DNA from: Octopus vulgaris
Lineage: Eukaryota
NCBI GenBank assembly: GCA_951406725.2
Contig: OX597814.1
Location: 151,776,001 to 151,840,000, forward strand
Length of the DNA stretch: 64,000 nt
Direction: 5' to 3'
Shown here piece after piece: positions 24,258-35,675 of the stretch. The notes under the pieces were generated by a model. That model was not told the origin of the DNA. It did not search any database and was given only the letters and a program-made list of their open reading frames with translations. Position 1 is the stretch's first letter. Each line of letters opens with the position of its first letter. The translations under genes were made by a program, and so were the position numbers.

Positions 24258-24686
24258 TGACTTGCTTATACGAAAATCTATCGAAAAAGGTGGCATGAAT
24301 AATTCAGGATGTTATTTATAATAATATCCTACATTAATCATAGGCCAAGTTCTATTAATACTGAAAAATAACAAAGTATGTTAAACATTTTGTAAATAAT
24401 CCTCGATAAAAAGAAGAGAAATAAAATATTGCTAGATTTAAAACCACTGAATATCTATCTGGCACGTATACCCCTAGAACAGATCAAGGTGTTACTGATT
24501 ATACTAAGGTAGATGTCGGCAACAGTGAGCCGCTGATGTATTCTCTGTAAGCCTCTCTCAAAAAAATTTCAAATGCAGTGTAATTGTTAAGTAGTTGACG
24601 GCCCTTAAATACTCTTGTGTGCAACGATTCGTTAAGATTTTACTTGAATCAGAATTTCCAAATGATAGAAATGGTAGTAGTTGCAG

Positions 24687-24815
24687 CATACATACATACA
24701 TACATACATACATACATACATACATACACACACATATACATACACAAGCATACATACACACATACATACACACACACATACACACATATACACATACATA
24801 CACACACATACATAC

Positions 24816-24872
<57 letters not shown>
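24687..24872. repeat. Compound (TACA)n/(CA)n microsatellite
   Basis: Direct read. Confidence 0.95.
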
Positions 24873-24875
<3 letters not shown>

Positions 24876-25121
24876 CGACAGAAATTTCTTAAAAATTCTG
24901 TTATTATCGTATCGGTCCCAATTTCAGACTTATTTCATAAGAATTTTCTCCTCGTCAGCGATAAATACGGTAAGAAATAGATGAAATACTTACCTATACC
25001 TATGCCGAAAATAGGCAAATCGTCCATAACCATAAAATGTATCACTATAAGCACGCTTCTCGACTTAGTGTTTGCTTCTTCCATGGGTATAAGTAAGTAT
25101 TTCATTTATTTCTTACCGTAT

Positions 25122-25182
25122 TTATCGCTGACGAGGAGAAAATTCTTATGAATTAACTCTGAAATTGGGACCGATACGATAA
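25122..25182 (+). ncRNA. Type I hammerhead ribozyme (mirror copy on minus at 24904-24964)
   Basis: TTATCG-CTGACGA-GGAG(aa AATTC ttat GAATT aa)CTCT-GAA-ATTG GGAC CGAT-A-CGATAA: all core nucleotides and three stems present, cleavage triplet AUA. Confidence 0.75.
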
Positions 25183-25313
25183 TAACGGAATTTTTTAGAA
25201 ATTTCTGTCGGCTTGCTTCGAGACGCGTGCTTATAGGGATAATTTATATGGTTATTGACGATTTGTCTATTTTCGGCATATTTGGCATTAGAATTTTTTT
25301 CTTTTGCCCTTGT

Positions 25314-25366
<53 letters not shown>

Positions 25367-25438
25367 GAGATAGTAGGCCCCTTCATCTCACCATGTAAAA
25401 AAGAATTTTTATTTTAAATACCTACTGTTTTATAACTT

Positions 25439-25533
25439 GGCTGCACGTGTTTCATGAGGTACATTCCCCGGTTCCTAAACCATTCCGTGTTTAGCTGGAA
25501 CCCTTCTTAAAATGTAACCCCAATCATCAGGCC
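25439..25533 (-). ncRNA. Hammerhead-like motif with extended stem II (cleavage-site variant)
   Basis: GGC-CTGATGA-T TGGGG T TACATT...AATGTA CCTCA T-GAAAC-ACGT-GCA-GCC; palindromic loop III; the expected U16.1 reads C. Confidence 0.5.
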
Positions 25534-25674
25534 CTTATATCACCTTATCATCGTTCAATACTATATACTATATTTTAATTTTTTTAAACCCTTAAGTATG
25601 TGTAAAATAGGTATGTTTAAATTAGGTTCGCTGGACCATACAGTACAAGCCATAATTCAGATAAAAATTGTGTG

Positions 25675-26076
25675 ATTGTGTGTTCATAGAGGTGGCTCCA
25701 TTAGCCATTACTGTCTGACTCCTATCTTTCAGAAAGTCATGTAACCACTCTCCAAGTTTTCCAGCTATGCCAAAGTCACACAGTTTGTGGCATATCATAC
25801 TATGATGCACTTTGTCAAAAGCTTTTGCAAAATCAAGGTATATACGCCCACATTTGATTTGTTGAGTAACTGCCTCAAAACCCAGTCATAATGCTGTAAG
25901 AGCTGGGTCGGGCGGCTCCTACCTGGTCGAAAACCATGCTGGGTATCACTCAGTGGGTTATTTTCTTCAAGGAATGCGATTAGTTTCCCTCTGACTATCC
26001 GTTCCAAGACCTTGCTGATGTGTGAAGTCAGAGTGATAGGCCTATAGTTTTTGGCATCTGTTCTACTTCCCCCTTT
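25675..26076 (-). mobile_element. CR1/Jockey-group LINE RT fragment
   Basis: KGGSRTDAKNYRPITLTSHISKVLERIV...QHGFRPGRS..TQLL, then DFAKAFD...WLHDFLKDRSQTV in a shifted frame. Confidence 0.8.
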
Positions 26077-26850
26077 ATGTTTTCTGAAGGAGGAAGCTCT
26101 CGTGTTGAGATGTTCTTTGATGCGGACGTGTAACGGTCTTGTTGTGCTACCCACACAGAACTTGTTGCATTTGTTACATTGTATTCTGTACACAACATTA
26201 ACCCGTTGGCATAAATCTGTGTCACGGATGGGACAGTTTGTTAGTGTACATGTATTGTTGTCCCTTGTTCGTTTCTTAGTGAGGTGTCCTCTCAGAGAGG
26301 GGCCGGAGTGGGCTAGTTGTATGTCTAGTCCTTCTCTTCTTATGGCTCTTCGGGTGGATGTAGTTATCCTCTCGCTAAAATAGGGTATTTTTAAGGAAGC
26401 CAACAGATCCGCATCAAAGAACATCTGAACACGAGAGCTTCCTCCTTCAGAAAACATCTAGGCAGATGCTGGAACAGTCACAACTGAGGCCAATGAAAGA
26501 AATCTGGGTAATTTAAGAATTAAGGAAGCTATATGCATACACAGACTAAGGCCCCAAATAACAACAGGCTGGAGGTTGATAATCAATATACTATTTAGAT
26601 ACATCTGGATGCGTGTAGGTTAATTTTTGATAATATGCTCATCAATAGTTTATAACAAAAAAAAAAAGGAAGAGAAAAGAAAGGGAAAACAGGAAGCTGC
26701 ACGTATAATACGTAACTTAGAAGCAGCGGTACGGATATACCAGCACACACGAGATTGAGACATGGCCGACCTCACGTACTTCTCATGAGGAATTCCGGAA
26801 AGAGCATCGTGAAACCACTGCTGAGACGCTTCTAAAAAATTAATAAATAA
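26077..26850. mobile_element. Penelope-like GIY-YIG end with 5' inversion
   Basis: Minus 26077-26395: NVVYRIQCNKCNKFCVGSTTRPLHVRIKEHLN. Plus from 26408 continues IRIKEHLNTRASSFRKH...LRIKEAICIHRLRPQI. A 50-bp overlap is inverted (26077-26126 / 26408-26457). Confidence 0.8.
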
Positions 26851-27027
26851 ATAAATAAATAAGAAAAGCCGTTGGAAAACCGATTATGGCAGCGACTCCA
26901 TCTAAGGATATTTGAAGAAGGAATATTATTCCGAAATATCATATCAAACTATGGATAAATAAATTACAACAGGTATATAACCCATTGTTTGTATTATAGT
27001 GCATTGTTGTACCATTCAAAACTTTTT

Positions 27028-27091
<64 letters not shown>

Positions 27092-27094
<3 letters not shown>

Positions 27095-27281
27095 CCGCGT
27101 GTGTACCGTTGGCGATTTTTTCTCCTCTGTCTTCCCTTCTCTGGATCTTTCCTTCTCCTATGTTTCCGACGAAGAGCTCCGCTCGAAACGTTAAACCCTC
27201 CTTTCCTGAGCGTCCAATAATACTATATTTGTTCCACGTCCTCGCGTTGTTGTGTTTTTTTGTGCTTTCTTGTTTGGATTA

Positions 27282-27285
<4 letters not shown>
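27092..27285 (+). mobile_element. Short PLE-tail insertion between (TA)n tracts, with minimal hammerhead-like motif (27162-27196)
   Basis: GTTT-CCGACGA-A-GAGC TCC GCTC-GAAACGTT-AAAC; a degenerate relative lies on minus at 15426-15462. Confidence 0.55.
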
Positions 27286-27346
<61 letters not shown>

Positions 27347-27419
27347 ATATTAGGGAATAAATCCAAACTTACAGGGAAAAATCAGATTTAGGATTGAATC
27401 CAATTTTATAGTAAAATAT

Positions 27420-27693
27420 TATATTATATTAAATTAGAGATAAAACCACTATTAGGCAAATCATACAATGAAAAACTTAAGCCAATACATAAGATTAATT
27501 AATTTATATTATTTAAATATATATCAAAATTATTAAAAAAGATAATTAGTATAACACTACGCGTAGTGTTATACTAATTATCTTTTTTAATAATTTTGAT
27601 ATATATTTAAATAATATAAATTAATTAATCTTATGTATTGGCTTAAGTTTTTCATTGTATGATTTGCCTAATAGTGGTTTTATCTCTAATTTA

Positions 27694-27703
<10 letters not shown>
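27420..27703. repeat. Perfect 284-bp palindrome
   Basis: Centre ...acactacg|cgtagtgt... between 27561 and 27562; no spacer; flanked by (TA)n. Confidence 0.92.
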
Positions 27704-27778
<75 letters not shown>

Positions 27779-28429
27779 GGGAGATAAGTTGGTATGTAGG
27801 CGGAGAAGTATACACACACACACACACACATACACACACAGCGGCAGCTGCAACACACATATTGTGTGTGTGTTGCAGCTGCCGCCCGAATGTGAGAATA
27901 ACTAATTAGATACCTAAATTAATTAGCGAAATCTGCACCAATACTAATTTTCGAGTAAACTACAATGTGTATCTGTGGTGTGTGTGTGTGTGTGCGTGCG
28001 CGCGTAATGACTGTAGAATGTAATCTCCGATTTTTTAAACATTCAAAGAATGTGGAAAAGTGAATGTTTTTGAAAGGCGGCCGGGAAGAAGGACGAAAAT
28101 ATTTGAAAATAACTTTGAAATAATTTTTTTCCCCTGATTTTGAAGACTCATGATCTACATTAGAAACAGTAACTTAAGACATTTTCAGAAAGAAAAGTAA
28201 ATGAATTGGCGAATTTTACTAAGTTCCAGCTTTTATTCGCTTTCGCTAGGAAAGAGCTCACTTTAAAGAATAACGATAAAAATTTTTTGACTTTGAAATT
28301 TTGAGTGGAATAAAATACTTGCGCCCTTGAACAAGACACTTCATAAAATAAATACCTAATAAGTTTTTATAAGAGGAGAAGGGCTATTATATAACTTTTG
28401 CGTATTCCATATAAAGTTAAGGAAAGACT

Positions 28430-28990
28430 TTCGCCCCTCCCCCCTGCATTTTCTCCCAAATTTGTTTATTTTATTTACCCCCCCCCCCCAATCTCCTGTT
28501 TTCGGATACGGAGGTTCCGGAAAATTGCCAAATATCGGCATTGTTAAATTTTACCCCCTTCACCATCAATTTTGACTTTTTCCCCAACACTAACCCTAAC
28601 CCTTAACCCTAAAACCCTAACTCTAACCCTAACCCTAAAACCCTAACCGTAACTACAGAAATGTTTTGAAATCTTTGTCCGAGTCATTATGTCCGTATTT
28701 TTCTGCATATTTAGGAAAAAAAAAATATTCTTAAAAAAATTTTTGGATTTTTTTTCACAATCATAATCTCCATATTTTTCCGCATATTTCGGGAAAAAAA
28801 AATTTCTGAAAAAAGTAAAAAACAAAAAATCAAGGAAATGGATGAGGTGGGGGGGCTAATTTAGAAATGCCGATTTTTGCCAATTTTTTTGCAGATTCGT
28901 ATTCCCCGTAGCCGAAAAAAAAAAATAATAAATAATAAATTTAAGGGTGGTCTTGGGGGGGTGGTGATGGTGGTGGGCAGAAGTTTTGCC
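28430..28990. mobile_element. Fold-back/MITE-like element containing (TAACCC)n
   Basis: Imperfect inverted arms ~28499-28567 vs ~28841-28918; degenerate TAACCC array at 28590-28648. Confidence 0.5.
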
Positions 28991-29400
28991 AATTTGTTCA
29001 CTGGCTGCTACAGTGAAACACTGTCAAGATGATTAGTACCTAGCTGTGGAATATATCACCAAATGAAAGGTCCACTATAAAAATATAATATAGCTGATAA
29101 GAGTAGTCTCGAAGCAGTGCAAGTCTTAATTTCGTTTCTGCATATTAAATAATAATATTTAACTGATTTTATTGTAAGAATTAAAACTAATTTATTTAGG
29201 GATCATTTATTTGCAAACAAAAGAGAATGTAAACAACACCTATCCCGCAGCAAGATTTTTAAAGTCCTTGATACTCGTGTGTATATTTACGCGTGGTATT
29301 GACACTGCTCTTACTTTATCTTAGAGAAGTCGGTGAATGCCAGAGATCCTCGCAGATAACTTACGATTAAAAACGTGTATAATTTTCATTATCTTTAACG

Positions 29401-29538
29401 ATGGTTTTAAACGTGAAGTCTGTTTTAATCACTGGTAGTAGTCGCGGAATAGGTCTTGAATTCGTGAAGCAACTTTTAAGGTTACCCACGCCTCCTCGCT
29501 ATGTATTTGCAACTTGTCGTAATCCAGAAAAGGCCGAG
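29401..29538 (+). CDS. C-factor/CsgA (sniffer-like) short-chain dehydrogenase/reductase, exon 1
   Basis: MVLNVKSVLITGSSRGIGLEFVKQLL...ATCRNPEKAE; TGxxxGxG motif; donor GAG|gtaaat, phase 0. Confidence 0.93.
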
Positions 29539-30145
29539 GTAAATAAACCTGTTTGTTTTTTTTTCTTTTCGAAAATAATAACTTATTCGGTACGTTTTCG
29601 TACATGTGCATTTTACATGTCTAACGATAATATATTGCTCTCTACATTATCAAATAAATATGCAATGTAAATAAAACTGATATCATATATCATTAGGTAC
29701 TATACGATACTAGTACCATATCATTATTTCTCCTTCTAGATAGCAGTTTTTCCCAAGAAATTGTATTTGCACCAGCGAAACCAGTTTGTTTATATCAGTG
29801 TGTGTGTTAGGTACGCTCGTGTGTTCACGCGACACTTTGGAAATGTCCTCTACTGTTATCACAGTTAGATCCGAGTCTTGTACGTTAATTTAGGTAACGG
29901 TATCTGGGATTCCGTTCGATGGATTGTATGTAATGCCAAGAGCAATTTAACTTTTTCTTGATGAAATTTTCTTTTTTCTTTTTAAATTTCATCAACATAA
30001 CCATTATTAACACATTCGAAATGTGCTTCGGAAAAATTTCATTAAAAAAAGTGTTGTTAAGGAGAAAACAATTTCGAGGAAGGAAGGCACCAAATTGTAG
30101 TTATTATGACTGTAACAAGTTTAACTGGTCGAAGCACCGAAAAAC

Positions 30146-30191
<46 letters not shown>

Positions 30192-30286
30192 CGTGTGTGC
30201 GTATTTATTTCAGAATTTTTCGATTTGGCACACCAGATCCAATTTTTAGGAAGATTTCTTTCATACATGTATACAGATAGTCTTTT

Positions 30287-30544
30287 CGGTGGAATTTGAA
30301 CTCAGAACGTAAAGACAGACGAAATACCCATTTCTTTACTACCCACAAGGGGCTAAACATAGAAGGGACAAACGGATTAAGTCGATTACATCGACCCCAG
30401 TGCGTAACTGGTTCTTAATTTATCGACCGAAAGGATGAAATGCAATGTCGACCTCGGCGAAATTTGAACTCAGAACGTAACAGCAGACGAAATACGGCTT
30501 CTCATTTCGCCCGGCGTGCTAACGTTTCTGCCAGCTCGCTGCCT
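30287..30544 (-). mobile_element. SINE family A, full copy plus a partial internal duplicate (SDR intron 1)
   Basis: Full copy 30329-30544; on minus it is followed by ggtatttcgtctg...gagttcaaattcc. Confidence 0.85.
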
Positions 30545-31984
30545 TGCGTGTATACAGTATTCGCATAACACAGTGATAGCCGTGTCATTCTTAAGAAGTT
30601 CGCTTCGTAAATTCAAGACTCAGGCTGTATCCGATTACGCAACACCTGTGGCAAGTGTCCTATCTATAGCCACGGTTCGACCTCCCTAAGACTTAAGATC
30701 AAATGTTTATTTACCTAAACTGTAGAAGTCCATTAATGAATCAACTCTGGGTAATGTCCTATTTTAACGTTGTAAATTATTTGCACCAATAAAATTACAA
30801 GATATCATTTAAAATATATACAAAATATAGGTTACATATAAAAAAAATTGGTGGAGGTAAAGAATACCCACACCATCCGTTTTCGGCGGAACCCTAACCT
30901 TAAACACCGTATCCTTTACCTTCGCCTGAAAAAAAAATTAACTAAATTAGCAGTGTAATAAAAAAAGTTATTAACTTTTAAATTTTTATGTAGAGAATGG
31001 TACACAAGTTTTAAACAAATTAAAAATAATATTTTAATTATCCCACGATTATATGATATATTTCAAAGATTATATTTAAAAATTGTTAGCAAAAGTAGTT
31101 ACAACGGATATTGTTCCTTAACCCTTACAATATAGTTTTCAAATATATTGTCATGATTATTTTGCCAAATACTGACACAAATAATTTTCAACGTTAAAAT
31201 AGGAAATTGTTTCGACTCAGTTCTTTGGTAATACACTTAATTCAGTTGGTATCACATTCCGACCTTTGGTCCACGAATGTGGTATTGTGTGTCTGGTTTT
31301 TTGTACTACCATTACAGTAGCCTCCACTCTTCGAACCAGGCTTGTCTCTATCACCTCTACTCAGGCATTCCTAGTTCACTTCTCATCCTCAGGTTAGGCT
31401 TCAACCCCTCTGCCTAGTACTTCTTTCCCAAAATATCAGCAGCTTTTGAATTTTCTCCTTACGCTTTTTTTTTTTTTTTTTTTTGCCTGCAGCTGTCGCC
31501 ATGCAACCGTTTTAGAACAACGTTAACAGTAGTGGATCTTTTGAATGCCTGTGATTGTGAGGCACACTGCCATTCTCCTAGACCAGACCAGAACGAAAAA
31601 ATATATTCACAGCTACGGTATCATTGATTGCAGTTCTGCTTGAACGGAGCTAAACAATAAGCTAAATGTATTGGCGAGTACTTGACACTAGCGATGTAGA
31701 TTCTACTCAATATTTTGTATAAGTTAGCAGATGGCTGTGCCTATAACTATTGCTTACTTCCTACTCCTTAGATCGATGAGACTTGCATTCAGTTTTAACA
31801 TTTGCATATCCAAAGGAAAAATAAAGGTTGTTGTTGGTGGTGGGATGCCCCAGAGAGTTGTAGCTCCTGTAAGAACTGCTTGAGTTATAGTTCTAGTAAG
31901 GAGCCCTGCACAGTATTCTGCAGGTAAGTCTTTGGAAGGTTCTTTAGAGGATTAGATGTAGTGAGAATTCATCTACGAAGCAAT

Positions 31985-32245
31985 TGCCCCAGCTCCCCTT
32001 CAGGGTTGGCGAAAGCGATGTGGTGGACAACGAAAAACCTGGCTGAGGACAGTCAAGACTGATCTGGAACCCAACCTAGGTGCCCATATCTACAGCGTTC
32101 GCCGCTGGAATAAGGATTGGTTGGAGATCACGTCATTAGCCTCAAATCGCCAGGTCTGGTCGGCGTTTGTGAGAGATGCAGCATTGAGGATGAATGAAGC
32201 CAGCTCAACCCACCCTGAGTGAATGCTGTCTAAAAACAAGAAGAA
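31985..32245 (+). mobile_element. RTE-type LINE 3' end
   Basis: GWRKRCGGQRKTWLRTVKTDL...ASNRQVWSAFVRDA. Confidence 0.7.
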
Positions 32246-32454
32246 AGGGGCAGTTTAGGGGTTAGCAGCTGAAGAAAGGAATTTGCTGGGAGTTGCATCT
32301 GTGTGAGAGATCATGATTGCACAGATTTCATACTGTGTATTGTATGGTAGTGTTGTGGGGAATCAATCAACATCCAAGATTGCTTAAGTTTTAACGATTC
32401 TGTAGATTAAACATAGTGTATTTCAAACATGCGAAAGGCACATTTTAATATTGG

Positions 32455-33295
32455 TAGTAAGTTAGCTGAATCGTTAGAGCATTGAGAAAAATGCTTTATA
32501 GTATTTGTTCTGGCTCTTTATATTCTGAGTTCAAATCCTGCCTAGGTCATTTTGCTTTCCATCTTTTCAAGGTTGATAAAATAAAGTACCAGTCATGTAC
32601 TGGGATTGATGTTTGGATCTTCCCTCCCCTCAAAACAAGTTGGCCTTGTGCCTAAATTGGAAGTGATTATTATTATGATAATAAGTGCGGTGAGTTGGCA
32701 GAATTGTTAGCCACTGGTCGAAATGCTTAGTGGTATTTTGTCTGTCTTTAAGGTGGTAAGCTGGCACAAATGTTAGCATGCCGGGCGAAATTCTTTCCGG
32801 TATTTCGTCTGCCATTACATTCTGAGTTCAAATTCCGCCGAGGTCAACTTTGCCTTTCATCCTTTCGGGGTCGATAACTTAAATACCAGTTATGCACTGA
32901 GGTCGATATAATCAACTTAATCCGTTTGTCTGTTGTTTTTTTTTTTGTCCCCTCTGTGTGTAGCCCCTTGTGGGCAGTAAAGAAATAGGTATTTTGTCTG
33001 CCTTTACATTCTGAGTTCAAATTCTGCCATGGTCTACTATACCTTTCATCTTTTTGGGGTTGATGAAATAAGTATCAATTGAACACTGGGGTTGATGTGA
33101 TCAACTTACCCAATTCCCACAAATTTCAGGCCTTGTGCCTATAGTAGAAAGGATTATTATTAAAGAGCAGTGGATTGGCTGAATCCTTAGTGTACTGGAC
33201 AAATTACCTTGCAGTATTTTTTACAGATCTTTACATTCTGAGTTCAAATCCTACCAAAGTTGACTTTACTTTTCATCTTTTTAGAGTCAGTAAAG
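32455..33295 (+). mobile_element. Cluster of family A SINEs, including a SINE nested in a SINE
   Basis: Inner copy 32751-32987 is flanked by a 19-bp duplication ggtattttgtctgYcttta (32732-32750 / 32988-33006). Confidence 0.85.
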
Positions 33296-33659
33296 GAATT
33301 GTAAATTGCAAATAAAATTTGTATGAGCAAACTACAGGATTGATATAAAAAAAACAAAAACTTGTTTTTATTGTATGAAATGGATTTTTCTTGGACCATA
33401 GTTTCTTTTGTGTTCACTATCATTCAAAGGTTAGGTTAACCTGCAGTTATTGTAGAAGTTACACTTGGAACCATGAGATTTTGAGATGAACTTCTTCAAT
33501 TACACAGCCATGCATGTCTATTAATATCTGTAAGTGTAGAAGCATGAAAGAAAGAATTTTCTAAATTTCTACCACCACCCTAGTCTGTTATGTTAATTAA
33601 TTGTTAATGATATATATTATCAGCAATAGTAATGCTGTTATTTTGTTTTCCATTTTCAG

Positions 33660-33711
33660 GATTTGCAGTCATTAAAAAAGGATAATTCAAACCTACGTAT
33701 TGTTCCTTTAG
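33660..33711 (+). CDS. SDR exon 2
   Basis: ttttcag|DLQSLKKDNSNLRIVPL(D)|gtaaga; 52 nt, phase 0 to 1. Confidence 0.88.
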
Positions 33712-35254
33712 GTAAGATTTCATTTTTTACCTTTCCTTACTATTAATTCCATCAAAATTGCAATTTATCTTTTGTTGATGAGATATCACATTGCTAATGA
33801 AAATATCAAGGTTTGTATACTCTGCTGTATTGAATTGTTATTAACCCAATCTACCTAATTATAAAAAAAACAATTACCCAAATCTGGTTCAAATTATACA
33901 CTACTGTCTAAAAAAAAAAGGAAAAAGAAAAATGATAATTTAGACCTAGGTGCACTATCTGAAAAGAAATAAAAGTTGGAATGTGGCTGGAAAACCTTTT
34001 GATGATAGGTCCCAGTCTGTTTTAATAGTATTATAGGCTCCCAAGCAAAGTAATGTATTAGGCCCTATAGATCTACTTATTGAAAGAAAGCTATAGTACA
34101 TTAGGCTCCTAGAATCATGGGGTACCCATGCCTTAAGCTGGTACTGGATGGGTATGCTTGATCAGGGCAAAGTTTTTGCTTACAACAACACAATATAGAA
34201 TACTTTTAATCCTTCATCATCTGGCATAAAGCTGACTCCTGCTCTAATGTAGCCCTCTTCAGTCAAAGAAGAATCCAGTGGGAAAATATAATAATAGATG
34301 CTTCTGAAAGGACCCTAGGGATGGGGTCCTCGTGAACTCTACCCTTACAATCTTGCTAAGGATACTGGGCAGTGAAAATGGATAGATGGATGAACATGTC
34401 ATGATTGCATTAACCCTATCCTTTTAGTGAGTGAAGCCAGTTGACTATGCCTATACTTGTGCACTGCAATCAAAAACTACAGCCATGACCCATTCACTTT
34501 GTGGATATGTCTGTTTCCTAGAAATCTTCCCACAAAATAGGGTACAAGATAGTCTAATGTGTTAGAGATTGAAATATAAAGTTAACAAAAATAAGTTTAG
34601 CATGAAATAGCAATCAAATTACCCTCAAATGCCATCTTAAATGAAGAATATGTTGGAGAATTTAGGTCCTGTTATATGGAATATTGGTAATAACTTTCCA
34701 ATCATATACTTGCTCAGTCAGAACTAACTTAGAGCGAAGCTGCAGCCTTAGTTACCCAATATCATTTTATGTTATTCCTCAAACTACTGGAAAAGCAACC
34801 AAATCTTTGTCAAATCACCATGCAAATTTTCATAAATAAGGGACTTAAAAATCACCCATTACACTCTTGGAGTGGTTGGTGTTAAGAAGGGCATCCAGCT
34901 GTAGAAACTATGCCAAATCAGATTGGAACCTGGTGTAGCCTTACAATTTAACCAGTCTCGGTCAAACCATCTAACCCATGCCAACATGGAAAAGAGACAC
35001 TAAATGATATGATGATGGAAAGGAAACGTTAAGTAATACAGTCTTACATGCCTCATAAAAGACACAATGGTCACAGCTAGAATGTCTTTGATCATAGATA
35101 TCTGCTTGCTCAGAATTGACACAGAACTAAGCAGTGCCCATATATCCAATTCCATCAGATAAAACTCTCTACTTAACAAGATGTGATTGAAAATCTTTGA
35201 AATAACTCTGTAAGACACTTTAAGAGATTGTCTCATTGAAATTTAGAAGAATCA

Positions 35255-35632
35255 CTAGCAGTATCGCCCGGCGTTGCTCAGGAATTGGAATTTTTGAAAA
35301 GTAAAACTTTTGCATTATGTAGCTTGTTATTCTCTTTAAGTGAACATTTTTCTGGTTGCAATACACTGAAAAATGGCAACACAGCAGTCAAAAAATCGTA
35401 AAAAATAGGGATTTTCATAGAAAAAAAGCACCTTTTGATGTAAATAATTTTTGGTGTTAACATGGTCCAATTTGAATTTTTTTCTTCTACGGAAGGAAGA
35501 GCAAGCCTTCTTCTATCATGCTCTCAATTTTGGTCAACTTGCGCTGTAGGGTCTCGGAGGAGATAGTGTTAGTTGAAGGCTACCAAACCTGCCATACACA
35601 GACAACTTCAGCTTTATATATATATATAGAGA
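35255..35632 (-). mobile_element. Non-autonomous Helitron
   Basis: Minus strand A|TC...GC-rich subterminal hairpin...CTAG|T; lies 43 bp upstream of SDR exon 3. Confidence 0.75.
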
Positions 35633-35675
35633 TTACAGAAAATATTTTAATTAAAAATTTTTTTTTTTATTTCAG

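Noticed and set aside
28590-28648. True telomere or chromosome fusion site
   Set aside because: Short, degenerate, single orientation and embedded in a fold-back element.
29539-29670. C-terminal part of ORF 29401-29670 (likewise N-termini of ORFs 36979 and 40225)
   Set aside because: Read-through into introns; splice sites give a coherent 251-aa SDR.
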